A stretch of 64,000 nt of DNA from Eledone cirrhosa (Eukaryota): positions 35,588,001 to 35,652,000 of the forward strand of contig OZ024759.1 in the NCBI GenBank assembly GCA_964016885.1, in the 5' to 3' direction. A program made the translations under genes and the position numbers. The notes under the pieces are model-generated. The model saw only the letters and a program-made list of their open reading frames with translations. It ran no database searches and had not been told where the DNA came from. Every line of letters starts with the position of its first letter. The stretch's first letter is position 1. Positions 1 through 13,158 of this stretch are shown here, piece by piece.

Positions 1-49
1 TTAATAATAATAATGATAATAGTAATAATAGAGAGAGGCAAAGAGATAG

Positions 50-80
<31 letters not shown>

Positions 81-90
81 AGGGAAATAC

Positions 91-145
<55 letters not shown>

Positions 146-149
146 TTAC

Positions 150-229
150 CTGGATATTTATCGTTAATGTTAAAATGTTATATTTTCGCACAATGCTAAC
201 GACATTGAAGAAATATCTCGTTAACTTAC
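150..229 (-). CDS. Candidate 80-nt exon of an unidentified minus-strand gene
   Basis: Minus strand: long pyrimidine tract ...ttttctttttgttatattttccAG, exon, then CAG|GTAAGA donor. Only one open frame (phase 1: G-KLTRYFFNVVSIVRKYNILTLTINIQ), compatible with phase-1 reading of the 7598-7642 exon. Coding status unproven; may be UTR. Confidence 0.5.
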
Positions 230-471
230 CTGGAAAATATAACAAAAAGAAAAAAAAGACAATATAAGAAGGTGTGACATTATTCTACCAATAATGGTGA
301 TTGGTAGAATTTCTTTCAAATATCTTTCATATTTCAATGTTTCAATAAATAAGAAATTATGTTATCATAGAAACAAAATCCAAAACATGGATTATTTTGG
401 CTGAAATATTAAGACTTACGAATCTCAGAATTGGTCAACCATTGAATAAAATGGCTCTTTACATTCTGAAT

Positions 472-701
472 TTAACCCTTTAGCTTTTAAACCAGCCGTA
501 GGCGGCTAGAATACTCTCACCTCTTTCTGTTCAAACCGGCTGTAACTGGTTGCTCGTACTTATGTTAAGGTATTGTTCTCTAAATAAATATTATCAAAAT
601 CTTGTAGATTCAATATTATGTGAGATAATTATGTAAGATAAAGCCTTTACCGTAAAAAATACAATAGTAAATATAGAGTAATGTAAATGATAAAGGGTTC
701 A
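472..701. mobile_element. TTAA-flanked piggyBac-like MITE (unexpanded copy) inserted in an old SINE
   Basis: Ends TTAACCCTTTAGC...GATAAAGGGTTCA; internally homologous to 19003-20420; flanks rejoin into a SINE B-box region (ttctgaattt/aatcttgccaagatcaacttt). Confidence 0.7.
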
Positions 702-999
702 ATCTTGCCAAGATCAACTTTGTCTGTCATACTTCCAGGGTTGATAAAATAAAGTAAATAAAATACCAAAAAAGTAAGGGGTTTATTTAATAAGCTTTGC
801 CCTTTCTTCCAAAAATGTTACTGGCTTTCTGCCTCGATTTAAAATCAATCTGTGGAATTATCAGATAATCAGATGATTTCTGGCAATTTTCAGCCAACCA
901 TGACTCAGCATACCAATAATTAAAGTCTCTCCAACCATTAATTTGTTATTATATCTACTGTGTTTACTCAAGTATAGTTAAAGTTAAAGTCTAAAGTCT

Positions 1000-1240
1000 G
1001 TCTCACCAGGTCGGTGTTTATTCCGGTTTCTGTGGCTTGAAGCGACTGAGAGTGCAAGACTTCCCCCTGGACAAGATCCCAGTCCATCACAGGGTTAAAG
1101 TCTCTCTCAAGTCTTGAGGCTCACCAGGCCGATGCTTATTCAACTTGGCACCAGTGACGTCACAACATATTTTTACCGCCGAGTAAACTGGAGCAATGTG
1201 AAATAAAGTGTCTCGCTCAAGGACACAACACATCACCCGG
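1000..1240 (-). mobile_element. Composite SINE fragment (CORE-like plus V-domain-like segments)
   Basis: Reverse complement reads tgtgtccttgagcgagacactttatttcacattgctccag, and taaccctgtgatggactgg...gtccagggggaag...agaaaccgg; the CORE-like part recurs at 6600-6740, 29770-29860, 34045, 35395 and 46450. Confidence 0.65.
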
Positions 1241-1504
1241 TGGTTATTTGATTTGAGAAGATTGACATCAGGTAAAGTACTGAGAAGGTAGTCAAGAGTT
1301 GTATTAATAGTATAGTTGGTGTTTTGTACCTTCTGAAGAAGAAGAGCTGGAGGAGGAGGAGGAAAGAGGGGGGTAAGGGGAGATTACTCAGCTATTAATA
1401 GTCCCACCTCTGCCAGGAGTTGCAACTGGTAGAAGGTATCAACAATGGAAAGACCAATGGAAACATTGTTTCCTTGATCCGATTTAATAAGTATCTTTGA
1501 GTTA

Positions 1505-2030
1505 TATTGTCATAGTAAGTTAGTACCATAGTATTATAATCTCATAGTAAGTTAGTACCATAGTATTATAATCTCATAGTAAGTTACTACCATAGTATTA
1601 TAATCTTATAATATGGTAGTATAATAGTACTATAGTGTGAGAATATTATAGTGTTTTGATGTCATACTATCAAAATATCATAGTAAGTTAGTACCATAGT
1701 ATTATGTCATAGTATAGTGGCACAATAGAACCATAATGTCAGAATATTAGAGTATATTAGTGGCATAGTATGATGGTATCAAAATATCATGGTAACTTAG
1801 TACCATAGTATTATAATGTTATAGTATGGTAGCATGGTAGTACCATGGTTTCAAAATAGAGTATAGTAGCTTAAAGTCATAATACTATTATGATGTCATA
1901 GTATGGTAGCACATAGTACCATCATGTCAAAATGTCATAGTATGGTAGCACATAGTACCATCATGTCAAAATGTCATAGTATGGTAGCAGCATAGTACCA
2001 TCATGTCAAAATGTCATAGTATGGTAGTGA
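1505..2030. repeat. Degenerate 32-40 bp tandem repeats (catagtaagttagtaccatagtattataat / gtcatagtatggtagcacatagtacc)
   Basis: Direct repeats visible in the sequence. Confidence 0.8.
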
Positions 2031-2244
2031 TACGTTATCAAAATACAGTAGAATTATGTCTAATGAAGAGAGAGAGGAGGAGAGAAAGGAGAAAAGAGGG
2101 AGGGAGAGGGGAGAGGGAGAGTTGTAACAAGGGAGATAACTGTTTCAATGGAGAAGGAAGACAGAAAATATAAAAGGAGAAGGATGAGTTGGCGGAGACA
2201 CCGACAAAGAAGAAGTCAAAGGTGAAAAGTTGAATGAAGAAAGA

Positions 2245-2287
2245 TTATATATACATACATACATAGATACATATATATATATGTGTG

Positions 2288-2352
<65 letters not shown>

Positions 2353-2414
2353 TATATATGTATATATATATGTGTGTATATATGTATATATATATGTGTG
2401 TATATATGTATATA

Positions 2415-2456
<42 letters not shown>

Positions 2457-2464
2457 TGTATATG

Positions 2465-2496
<32 letters not shown>

Positions 2497-2729
2497 GAAA
2501 TGTATGTACGCTTGCATGGTCCCACAACTCCCGAGGAAGTCGTAGGGGTGCAGTATTAACAGACGCCATTCTCAGCCATTTTAAAACCTGGCGGAGCCCA
2601 ATCCTCTCCAGGATATATGCTATATATATATATACACACACACACACATATATATATATATACACACACACACATATATTCATATATATATATATACAGA
2701 CACACACACATATATATACATATATATAT

Positions 2730-2800
<71 letters not shown>

Positions 2801-3041
2801 TATATATATATAGATATATACACGCACACATATATATATACACACACACATATATATATACACACACACATATATACATATATATATATATATATATACA
2901 GACACACACATATATACACACACACATATATATATATATATATACACACATATATACATATATATATATACACACACACACATATATACATATATATATA
3001 TATACAGACACACACATATATATACATATATATATACACAC

Positions 3042-3074
<33 letters not shown>

Positions 3075-3337
3075 TATATACACACACACGCACACATATA
3101 TATATATATATGAAAAAAGACAAAGAATAAGAAGAATTTTAAAGAATTTTCTTTAAAAAGGTGTGGAACTACAAGAAACTGTGAAAGTTAGAAGCAATTT
3201 TTGGAGAAGAAAACCAGAAAACCGTGCAAGAGTGCAAGAGTGCAAGAAGATATTGGAAAGAGTAAAATATTGAAGCTAAAAGTGATGCAAAGTTGAAAGA
3301 TGAAAAAAGAAAACAGACCAAAATTATTTGTTATTTA

Positions 3338-3421
<84 letters not shown>

Positions 3422-3485
3422 CTAAGGCGGTTAAAATTCCCGAGATTATATATATGTATATATATATATAAGTATATATATATAT

Positions 3486-3556
<71 letters not shown>

Positions 3557-3643
3557 TATATACATATATATATATGTGTGTGTGCGTGTATGTATGTATT
3601 GATTTTATTCTGTATTCTGTGTATATACAGATATACCTTTATG

Positions 3644-3683
<40 letters not shown>

Positions 3684-3825
3684 ATATATATATGAAAATG
3701 TGTGTTCCATGTGTGTGTGTGGAGGGCTTGTGTGTAGTCCAGTGTCGTTTTTTTTATTTTTTTGTGCAGAAAAGTATTTCGTGCATCAGCATATACAGGT
3801 ACATAATTATATATATATATATATA

Positions 3826-3905
<80 letters not shown>

Positions 3906-4270
3906 TATATATATATATATATATATAATTATATATATATATATATATATATAATTATATATATATATATATATATAATTATATATATATATATATATAT
4001 AATTATATATATATATATATATATAATTATATATATATATATATATATAATTATATATATATATATATATATAATTATATATATATATATATATATAATT
4101 ATATATATATATATATATAATTATATATATATATATAATTATATATATATATATAATTATATATATATATATATATATATATAATTATATATATATATAT
4201 ATAATTATATATATATATATAATTATATATATATATATATATATTTATATGTATTTATATGTATAAATAC

Positions 4271-4311
<41 letters not shown>

Positions 4312-4313
4312 CG

Positions 4314-4352
<39 letters not shown>

Positions 4353-4357
4353 ATACG

Positions 4358-4411
<54 letters not shown>

Positions 4412-4480
4412 TATATATATATATATATATGCATACATATATCTATATATATACATACACACATATATATATATATACAC
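2245..4480. repeat. (TA)n/(CA)n microsatellite tracts with short unique islands
   Basis: Direct observation; source of the YI/HT-rich pseudo-ORFs. Confidence 0.95.
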
Positions 4481-4884
4481 ACTTTCATACCAATGTTAAT
4501 GTGTTGGCATATGCAAAAATATTCATGCATTTATATATAGAAAACAGCTGATGGCAAACAGTTGAAAAGGAGAGGAATTAAAAAATGCCCCACCCTACAC
4601 CCCTTGCAGACATATGCACCCACCCTTAAGTAATCAATACTTTACTGAATAATCGAAGGTACCCTTAATTAATCGAAGTATTAATTTTAGTTATTTTTGT
4701 TTTGTTTCTTAGCATTTATTATTTGTTGTTGTTTTTTCTTAGTTTAAAAAAAAAATTTATATTTTATCTTATATATATAGTAATAATAATAATAATAATA
4801 AATAGGGAACAAAGAATCAATGTTGCATCATATACATATTACATATGTTTCATTGCTGATCAGCTCGAGGTACGATTGATTATG

Positions 4885-5168
4885 TTTGTTCTCAGATCTA
4901 GACTCAGGTGAGTCAGATATTTGTTCTCAGATCTAGACTCAGGTGAGTCAGATATTTGTTCTCAGATCTAGACTCAGGTGAGTCAGATATTTGTTCTCAG
5001 ATCTAGACTCAGGTGAGTCAGATATTTGTTCTCAGATCTAGACTCAGGTGAGTTAGATATTTGTTCTCAGATCTAGACTCAGGTGAGTCAGATATTTGTT
5101 CTCAGATCTAGACTCAGGTGAGTTAGATATTTGTTCTCAGATCTAGACTCAGGTGAGTCTAGATCTGA
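4885..5168. repeat. 35-bp minisatellite, 8 copies, ending in a perfect 16-bp-arm palindrome
   Basis: Unit tttgttctcagatctagactcaggtgagtcagata; last copy reads CTCAGATCTAGACTCA-gg-TGAGTCTAGATCTGAG. Confidence 0.95.
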
Positions 5169-5496
5169 GGAGATTCCTATTCCAAAGTCAGGAAGGAACA
5201 TAAGGTAATTAAATATGTATATGATGCAATACTAATTCTATGTTCCCTATTTATTATCATTATTATTGCATTTCATCCTTACGGGGTCGATAAAATAAAG
5301 TACCAGTAATGTACTGAGTAATTGCTGGCCTTGTGCTAGAAGTAGAAACAATTATTATTGAGACTCTGTTCCCCAATAGTATTGAGTGCTCATCTTGGCA
5401 TACCGCCTGTGAATGCAATCCAATTGCACCTCTACTACTTATATATATATGTATGTATGAACGTATTCCCTTCAATTTATCTAATTTCTCATTCTT

Positions 5497-5532
5497 TCTT
5501 CTGATGAAGGACTAGCGTCCGAAACGTTAAGA
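5497..5532 (+). ncRNA. Minimal type I hammerhead ribozyme (PLE-type)
   Basis: UCUU-CUGAUGA-A-GGAC(uagc)GUCC-GAAA-CG-UU/AAGA: stem I UCUU:AAGA, 4-bp stem II, palindromic ACGU helix III that would require dimer formation. Confidence 0.75.
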
Positions 5533-5884
5533 CCCTCTTCCTGCTATTTCAAGTGTTAACTTAATATATTCCTGCCATATACTGTAGCGATTGTGTTGTT
5601 ATTTCTGTTTACCTTTTACATATATACATATATATATATATACTTATGTATATATAGTTAGTTCCATAACAAATTAACGAACCATATTCTCTATTCTCAG
5701 AAATATAACCAAACATGAGTTGAAGAATTCTTCAAGTGAAACCTGTTCTCAATGATTTGATTAATTTGTTGTGCAACTAACTCTTTACCAAACTCGTCCT
5801 TTGGACTGAGTGCTCTACCAACTATGGATACAACCGCCCAGTTTTTTACTATTATATACATACATTATATATATATATATATAT

Positions 5885-6076
5885 AGGGCGGTGGATTGGC
5901 AGTATCAGTAGAGGGTCGGACGACATGCTTTGACGCATAGAGTTACAGCCCTTGCCATTCTGAGTTCAAATCCCACCGAGGTTAACTTTGCCTTTCATCC
6001 TTACGGGGGTCGATAAAATAAAGTACCAGTAATACACTGGGATAATTGCTGGCCTTGTGTCAAAAGTAGAAACAAT

Positions 6077-6078
<2 letters not shown>
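5885..6078 (+). mobile_element. tRNA-derived SINE (MetaSINE-like central domain), near full length
   Basis: A-box-like tggcagtatcagtag, B-box gagttcaaatccc, conserved ctttgcctttcatccttacggggtcgataaaataaagtaccagt, tail gctggccttgtg...gtagaaacaatt; more than 10 related copies in the window. Confidence 0.85.
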
Positions 6079-6108
<30 letters not shown>

Positions 6109-6564
6109 TATACACAGATATATATACATATATATATATATACATACATATATATATTTATATATATGCAAAATGTTCCAATGTGCAAAACTACCTTTTT
6201 TTCAGGAAATATAGAAGAAATATGGAAAAAATAGAATTCAAGAAAAAGGTTTTGAAGGAATCACGGTGCACAAATGTTCCAAGAAAGTTTTTCAGAAAAG
6301 TCAAAAAAGCAATATTTTTTTGAGTGTGTGTTGGTAACTTTAGGTTTCAAGCCAAAATCTTGAAGTAAGAAAAATGTCTCAGAACTTATAACAGAAATGT
6401 TTTGAAGAAACTGAAGATATTGTTTTCTCAAGGAATCCAACTGGAAAATGTCTAATGGGAGGGTGGAGAGGGGGAGGTGCGTGTCTGTGTGTGACAGTTC
6501 ACACCTATGCAGGTTTAGCTGGCCTCCTCCAAGGTATATCTTGTTGGAGGTGTCTTGGGTAATT

Positions 6565-6742
6565 TAATGATAGGGACCCCAGTCCCTATCATCTCATTTC
6601 TACAGCTGAGTAAACTGGAGCAACGTGAAATAAAGTGTCTTGCTCAAGGATCAAGGAAACAACACATCACCTGGTCTGAGAATTGAACTCTCAACCTTTA
6701 GATTGCAAGCCCAATGCTCTAACCACTAAGCCATGTGCCTTC
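6565..6742 (-). mobile_element. CORE-type SINE 5' part with gatagggac/gtccctatc hairpin
   Basis: Reverse complement of 35395-35560. Confidence 0.8.
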
Positions 6743-6804
6743 ACAGAGAGGGAGAGGGGATTGGGATTATTATGGTAATCAAATTTGTCGTTGGCAGTAT
6801 GAGT

Positions 6805-7050
6805 GATGGTGGTGGTGGTGTTGTTGTTGGTGGTGGTGTTGGTGTTGGTGGTGGTGTTGGTGTTGTTGGTGTTGGTAGTGGTGTTGTTGTTGGTGGTGGT
6901 GGTGGTGTTGTTGGTGTTGGTGGTGTTGGTGTTGGTGGTGGTGTTGTTGGTGTTGGTGGTCTTGGTGGTGGTGTTGTTGGTGGTGGTGTTGTTGGTGTTG
7001 TTTGTGTTGTTTGTGGTGTTGGTGGTGTTGTTGGTGGTGTTGTTGCTTTT
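6805..7050. repeat. (GGT/GTT)n trinucleotide repeat
   Basis: Direct observation. Confidence 0.95.
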
Positions 7051-7597
7051 GGTATTGGTGTTTGTTTTTGGGGGGATATATTTTGGTAGGGTTATGCTTT
7101 TGGAGGAGTAATGCTTTTTTTCTGGGGAGAGGGTTATGTTTTTTCAGGAGGGGAGGGCTATGTTTTTTTATGGTGAGGGTGGGGTGCAGGAAGCTATAAT
7201 TTTGAATTATCATTTTTTTTTTTTTTATTATTTTAATTAATTTTTGAAAGATTGAGAAATTTTTTGGTGTTTTGTTATTGGCGTTTTTTTTGTTGTCCAA
7301 AAATAGGTATTGAATAATTAATTTAAAAAAAAAATTTCTTTTTAAAGAAGTACATTTTAATTGATTTTTTTTTCAAAGATTGAGAATTTTATTTTATTAA
7401 AAAAAAATAAAAAATAATAATTTTGTGTGTGTTTTGTTCTTCAGTTTCAGAAACATTTCTGCTACCATTAAGTTCATGAATAATAACAATAATAATAATA
7501 AATATAATGAATATAATAAATATAAATATAAATCAGTTGAAATAATTGGGTAGCTATAAAAGGAAGGAAGCAGAGTGTGAGGTGATGTTCGTCTCAC

Positions 7598-7642
7598 CTT
7601 CTAACCGCCGAGGCAATTTTACTTCGAGACTGCAACTGTTTT
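7598..7642 (-). CDS. Candidate 45-nt exon of the minus-strand gene
   Basis: Minus: aattatttccttttatAG|AAAACAG...GTTAGAAG|GTGAGA. Length is a multiple of 3 and the sequence is a CpG-containing unique island; open in phase 1 (NSCSLEVKLPRRLE) and phase 2 (KQLQSRSKIASAVR). Protein not recognised. Confidence 0.6.
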
Positions 7643-7705
7643 CTATAAAAGGAAATAATTTAAAAGACATCACGACATTGAAGAATTTAAGAACGGTAAT
7701 AGTTA

Positions 7706-8445
7706 GTATCAAGTGAGACTAGTATCGAGTGAGACTAGTATCGAGTGAGACTAGTATTGAGTGAGACTAGTATCAGGTGAGACTAGTATCGAGTGAGACT
7801 AGTACCAAGTGAGACTAGTATCAAGTGAGACTAGTTTCAAGTGAGACTAGTATCAAGTGAGACTAGTATCGAGTGAGACTAGTATCGAGTGAGACTAGTA
7901 TTGAGTGAGACTAGTATTGAGTGAGACTAGTATCGAGTGAGACTATTTTCAAGTGAGACTAGTATCAAGTGAGACTAGTATCGAGTGAGACTAGTATCGA
8001 GTGAGACTAGTATTGAGTGAGACTAGTATCAGGTGAGACTAGTATCGAGTGAGACTAGTTTCAAGTGAGACTAGTATCAAGTGAGACTAGTATCAAGTGA
8101 GACTAGTATCGAGTGAGACTAGTATTGAGTGAGACTAGTATCAGGTGAGACTAGTATCGAGTGAGACTAGTACCAAGTGAGACTAGTATCAAGTGAGACT
8201 AGTTTTGAGTGAGACTAGTATCAAGTGAGACTAGTATTAAGTGGAACTAGTATCGAGTGAGACTAGTATTAAATGAAACTAGTATCAAGTGAAACTAGTA
8301 TCGAGTGAGACTAGTATCAAATGAAACTAGTATCGAGTGAGACTAGTATCAAGTGGAACTAGTATCAAGTGTGACTAGTATCGAGTGAGACTAGTATCAA
8401 GTGAGACTAGTATCGAGTGAGATTAGTATCAAGTGAAACTAGTAT
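7706..8445. repeat. 16-bp minisatellite (gtgagactagtatcga), about 45 copies
   Basis: Direct observation. Confidence 0.95.
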
Positions 8446-9029
8446 TATAGAGTTGTGGTTTGACTGATACATTGTGGAAACGGTAAAAAATAATTAATAT
8501 AAGGAATGTTCTCATGCTCAGAGATGTTATAAAATAATATGAAGACCCGTAGAAGTTACCACCAGCCAATAGAAACTCCTTTTTACATCTTAAAGGGTCT
8601 TCATCTTATTTCATAAACTATTTTGTAGTGCACCTGAGCACTGTACACAATAATTTCATTATTATTTTTTTTATCGCATCTCCACACGAGAACATCATTC
8701 TTTATCTGAACTTTATCTTCTCAGCACTTTGTAAAAGTCCTTGAGATCAGCTACATAGACGTAGTGTTGATGGTTATCATCTTATCTCTTTCGTTCCATG
8801 TTTTAATTTGAATTTAGAAATGAGAGAGAGAGAGAGAGAGAGAAAGGGTTAACAATACATTGGTCAATAATTGGTCAATAATTGGTCAATAATTGGTGCA
8901 AGCTGGAACCATGAAAAACAATAAATGTTGAAGTAGCAGAGAGGGAGATCTAGGTTGTTATGGCTGAAGAGAAGTGACCGGTGGGGTCAGTTGTATGTAT
9001 GTCACTTGGACTGAGACTTGATCGACCTT

Positions 9030-9205
9030 GGTTGAGTCACCTGGATGAAGGTGACTATGTTGTAAGACCTCACAAAACACCCAGTGACTCCAGGATACAA
9101 CACTGATGATGTGTCCTGTAGTAGTTGGGTCACCTGGATGAAGCTGACTATGTTGTAAGACCTCCCAAAACACCCAGTGACCCCAGGATACAACACTGAT
9201 GATAT
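9030..9205. repeat. Tandem duplication of about 95 bp
   Basis: gtcacctggatgaag...caggatacaacactgatgat occurs twice. Confidence 0.8.
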
Positions 9206-10404
9206 AGCCAAAGTTTTGTAAAGAACTTTCTCCCCCGTGGTTCAGAGGTTTGACATGGTCAGTCCAGAACTTTCCTTAAGGACAGAAGCAAGTGTTGACA
9301 TCAAGATGGCAGATCTGGACGTAAAACCTGCTTCAAAAAATATCTCTTCCGACCCATGCTAATATTAAGAAAAAAAAAATGTACATAATGATGACGATGA
9401 TGGTGATGGTGATGATGATGACAAAGAAGGTGATGATGATGATAATGGTGAGGAATATGAATGCAACGATGATGATGATGATGAGGAGCAGGAGTAAAAG
9501 GAAGAGGAGGGTGAAAAGAGGATGAGAATTTCTGGAGGATAGAGAGACTAGGGTAGGGGTGTAACAGTAGAGACACATGACAGACCATAACAGAGGCAGG
9601 GATAGGGGACTTCTGGGTGACAAGACAATTTAACAAGACATAATGTCACCTCCTGCCCTTCACCAACTGTAACCCCATGAAATGTTGAGGTGAGGTGGGA
9701 GGGAAGAGAATATATAAAATGAAATAAGCTTCCAGTGTTCCTGGTCCCTGGAACATTGCCTAATCCCTGCTACCAGGGCAGAGGTGAGCCACATACAGGA
9801 GTGAGCTGCCTCCGCTGTGAGTTAAAATAGCCATTTCAACATGTCCCCCCCCCCCTCCCTCGCTATCTTCTAAGTTAACCCTTTCTCAACCTAACCCCTT
9901 CTCTCCGTCATTTAAAATGGCTATCTTCCAGGTTAACATTTTTTCTCCATTCTGTCCTCTGCTGGGACCATGAGATGGCTTACACCTTACACCTGGCAGA
10001 TTCTGCAATGCCAAAGAGTGTCTCTCCCCACCAGCTGACACCGTGCGGGCTCATATCAATCAGGTAGCAACATTTCAGTAGACCTTTTGTCAACTTTAAC
10101 AATACTATTTAGGTCATTGTTGATAATATAAGATAAGAAATCAATATAATATAAGATATAGCTAATCAATAGATCAATTCTTAAGTTATAGCTTCACTTA
10201 TTGATAAAACTATATTAAATATTTTTAAAAAACTAACTCAATAAATAAATCAAACTTTTGTAAATCACATAACTCTGTATAGATCTGTGTGTGTGTATAT
10301 ATACACACACACATATATATGTGTGTGTGTATATATACACACACACATATATATGTGTGTGTGTATATATATAGAAAGAAGAAGTGAAATGTTTTTGTCA
10401 AAAA

Positions 10405-10461
<57 letters not shown>

Positions 10462-10857
10462 TACATATGTATACACCCCCACCCCACATATATGTATTTA
10501 TTTATATATAAATATATACTTACACACACACATATACATACATGCATACATATATACATATATATATATATACACACACATCAGCTGTTATGTCCTGAAA
10601 TGTAAGAAAGGTTGTGGCATGTTTGATGTTTTAGATGACACTGGTGGTGGTGGTGGGGAGTGTGGTGGTGGTGTTGGTGGTGGGGTGGTGACGGTAGTGG
10701 TGTTGATGGTGATGGTGGTGGTAGTGGTGGTAGTGGGGGCAGGTGATGGTAGCAGTGGAAGAGGTATATAATGTACAGACATAATGTATTATTTACGACC
10801 CTTTATGATCTGAGTTCAAATCCCACTGAAGTTAACTTTGTCTTTCATCCTTGATCA

Positions 10858-12335
10858 TGTCCAGCTGTGTCAATGACATAACACCCTCCCTGTTGCTGGT
10901 GTCCAGCTGTGTCAATGACATAACACCCTCCCTATTACTGGTGTCCAGCTGTGTCAATGACATGACCTTACCTCAATCTCACCCATCACCTTACCTCAAT
11001 CTCACCCATCACCTTACCTCAATCTCACCCATCACCTTACCTCAATCTCACCAACCACCTTACCACAGTCTCACCCACCACCTTACCACAGTCTCACCCA
11101 CCACCTTACCACAGTCTCACCCACCACCTTACCTCAATCTCACCCACCACCTTACCACATTCTCACCAACCATATCACCCCATGCTCACCCACCACATTA
11201 CCATTCTCACCCACCACATTACCACATTCTCACCAACCATATCACCCCATTCTCACCCACCACCTTACCACATTCTCACTCACCACCTTACCACAGTCTC
11301 ACCTACTACAGTCTCACCAACCACATTACCTCAGTCTCACCAACCATATCACCCCATTCTCACCCACCACCTTACCAGTCTCACCCACCACATTACCACA
11401 TTCTCACCCACCACATTACCTCAGTCTCACCCACCACCTTACCTCAATCTCACCCACCACCTTACAACATTCTCACCCACCACATTACCACATTCTCACC
11501 CACCACATTACCTCAGTCTCACCCACCACCTTACCACATTCTCACCCACCACCTTACCACAGTGTCACCCACCACATTACCACATTCTCACCCACCACCT
11601 TACCACAGTGTCACCCACCACATTACCACAGTCTCACCAACCATCTTACCACATTCTCACCCACCACCTTACCACATTCTCACCACCACCTTACCTCAGT
11701 CTCACCAACCACATTACCTCAGTCTCACCCACCACCTTACAACATTCTCACCCACCACATTACCACATTCTCACCCACCACCTTACCACAGTCTCACCCA
11801 CCACATTACCACATTCTCACCCACCACATTACCACAGTCTCACCAACCATCTTACCACATTCTCACCCACCACCTTACCACATTCTCACTCACCACCTTA
11901 CCACAGTCTCACCTACCACCTTACCACATTCTCACCCACCACCTTACCACAGTCTCACCCACCACCTTACCACATTCTCACCCACCATCTTACCACATTC
12001 TCACCCACCACCTTACCACATTCTCACCCACCACCTTACCACATTCTCACCCACCACCTTACCACAGTCTCACCAACCATCTTACCACAGTCTCACCCAC
12101 CACCTTACCACATTCTCACCCACCACCTTACCACATTCTCACCCACCACCTTACCACATTCTCACCCACCACCTTACCTCAGTCTCACCCACCACCTTAC
12201 CACATTCTCACCCACCACCTTACCACATTCTCACCAACCACCTTACCACATTCTCACCCACCACCTTACCTCAGTCTCACCCACCACCTTACCACATTCT
12301 CACCAACCACCTTACCACATTCTCACCAACCACAT
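10858..12335. repeat. Three 42-bp repeats followed by a 23-bp minisatellite (ctcacccaccaccttaccacatt), about 58 copies
   Basis: Direct observation; explains the 517-aa and 391-aa ORFs. Confidence 0.95.
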
Positions 12336-12734
12336 AATCAATACTTGGAATATATAAAGTGTTTCTATGCATTCCATCTGATCCAAATGCTGCAACTAAT
12401 GTAAGAAAGCAGATTAGTTGTGATATTAGGTCTAATATTGATTCGGCATCAAATGTCTTCTCTAATGATTATTAATTGATTGGGTTAAGTGAGAAGTTTA
12501 TCAGTAAATCTTACATAGATGAAGAGAAGATAAACCATTTTACACCTGGCTAGCTTTGTAAAAAAACAGTCATGCTTGATAAATCCTGTAAAGTTTGAGG
12601 AAGGAAGCAGATGTTAGATCTGGGTAGAATGTTGTGGATTTCTGGTTAGATCTGCCAGATGGAAAACTGGGTTAGAGTCGTTAAAATGTCAGATAGAATG
12701 TGTTGTTCTATTTGTTTTGGCTCTATACTCTCTC

Positions 12735-13145
12735 AGTTCAACTTCCGCTGAGGTCAACACTTGCTGAGGTCAACACTTGCTGAGGTCAACACTTGCTGAG
12801 GTCAACACTTGCTGAGTTCAATACCCACTGAGGTCAACTCCAGCTGAGTTCAACTCCCACTGAGGTCAACTCCAGCTGAGTTCAACTCCCACTGAGGTCA
12901 ACTTCAGCTGAGGTTCAACTCCCACTGAGGTCAACTTCAGCTGAGGTTCAACTCCCACTGAGGTCAACTCCTGCTGAGTTCAACTCCCACTGACGTCAAC
13001 TTAAGCTGAGGTCAACTCCCACTGAGGTTCAACTTAAGCTGAGGTCAACTCCCACTGAGGTTCAACTTCAGCTGAGGTTCAACTCCCACTGAGGTCAACT
13101 TCAGCTGAGGTTCAACTCCAACTGAGGTCAACTCCAGCTGAGTTC
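12735..13145 (+). repeat. Minisatellite amplified from a SINE B-box (gagttcaactcccactgaggtcaact)
   Basis: Follows a degenerate SINE head at 12660-12735; unit matches SINE gagttcaaatcccaccgaggttaact. Confidence 0.8.
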
Positions 13146-13158
13146 CCTTCCTAAATCC

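Noticed and set aside
2515-2615. Island with CCGAGGA-AGUC...GAC resembling a hammerhead
   Set aside because: Both core boxes are mutated and GAAA is absent; unsupported.
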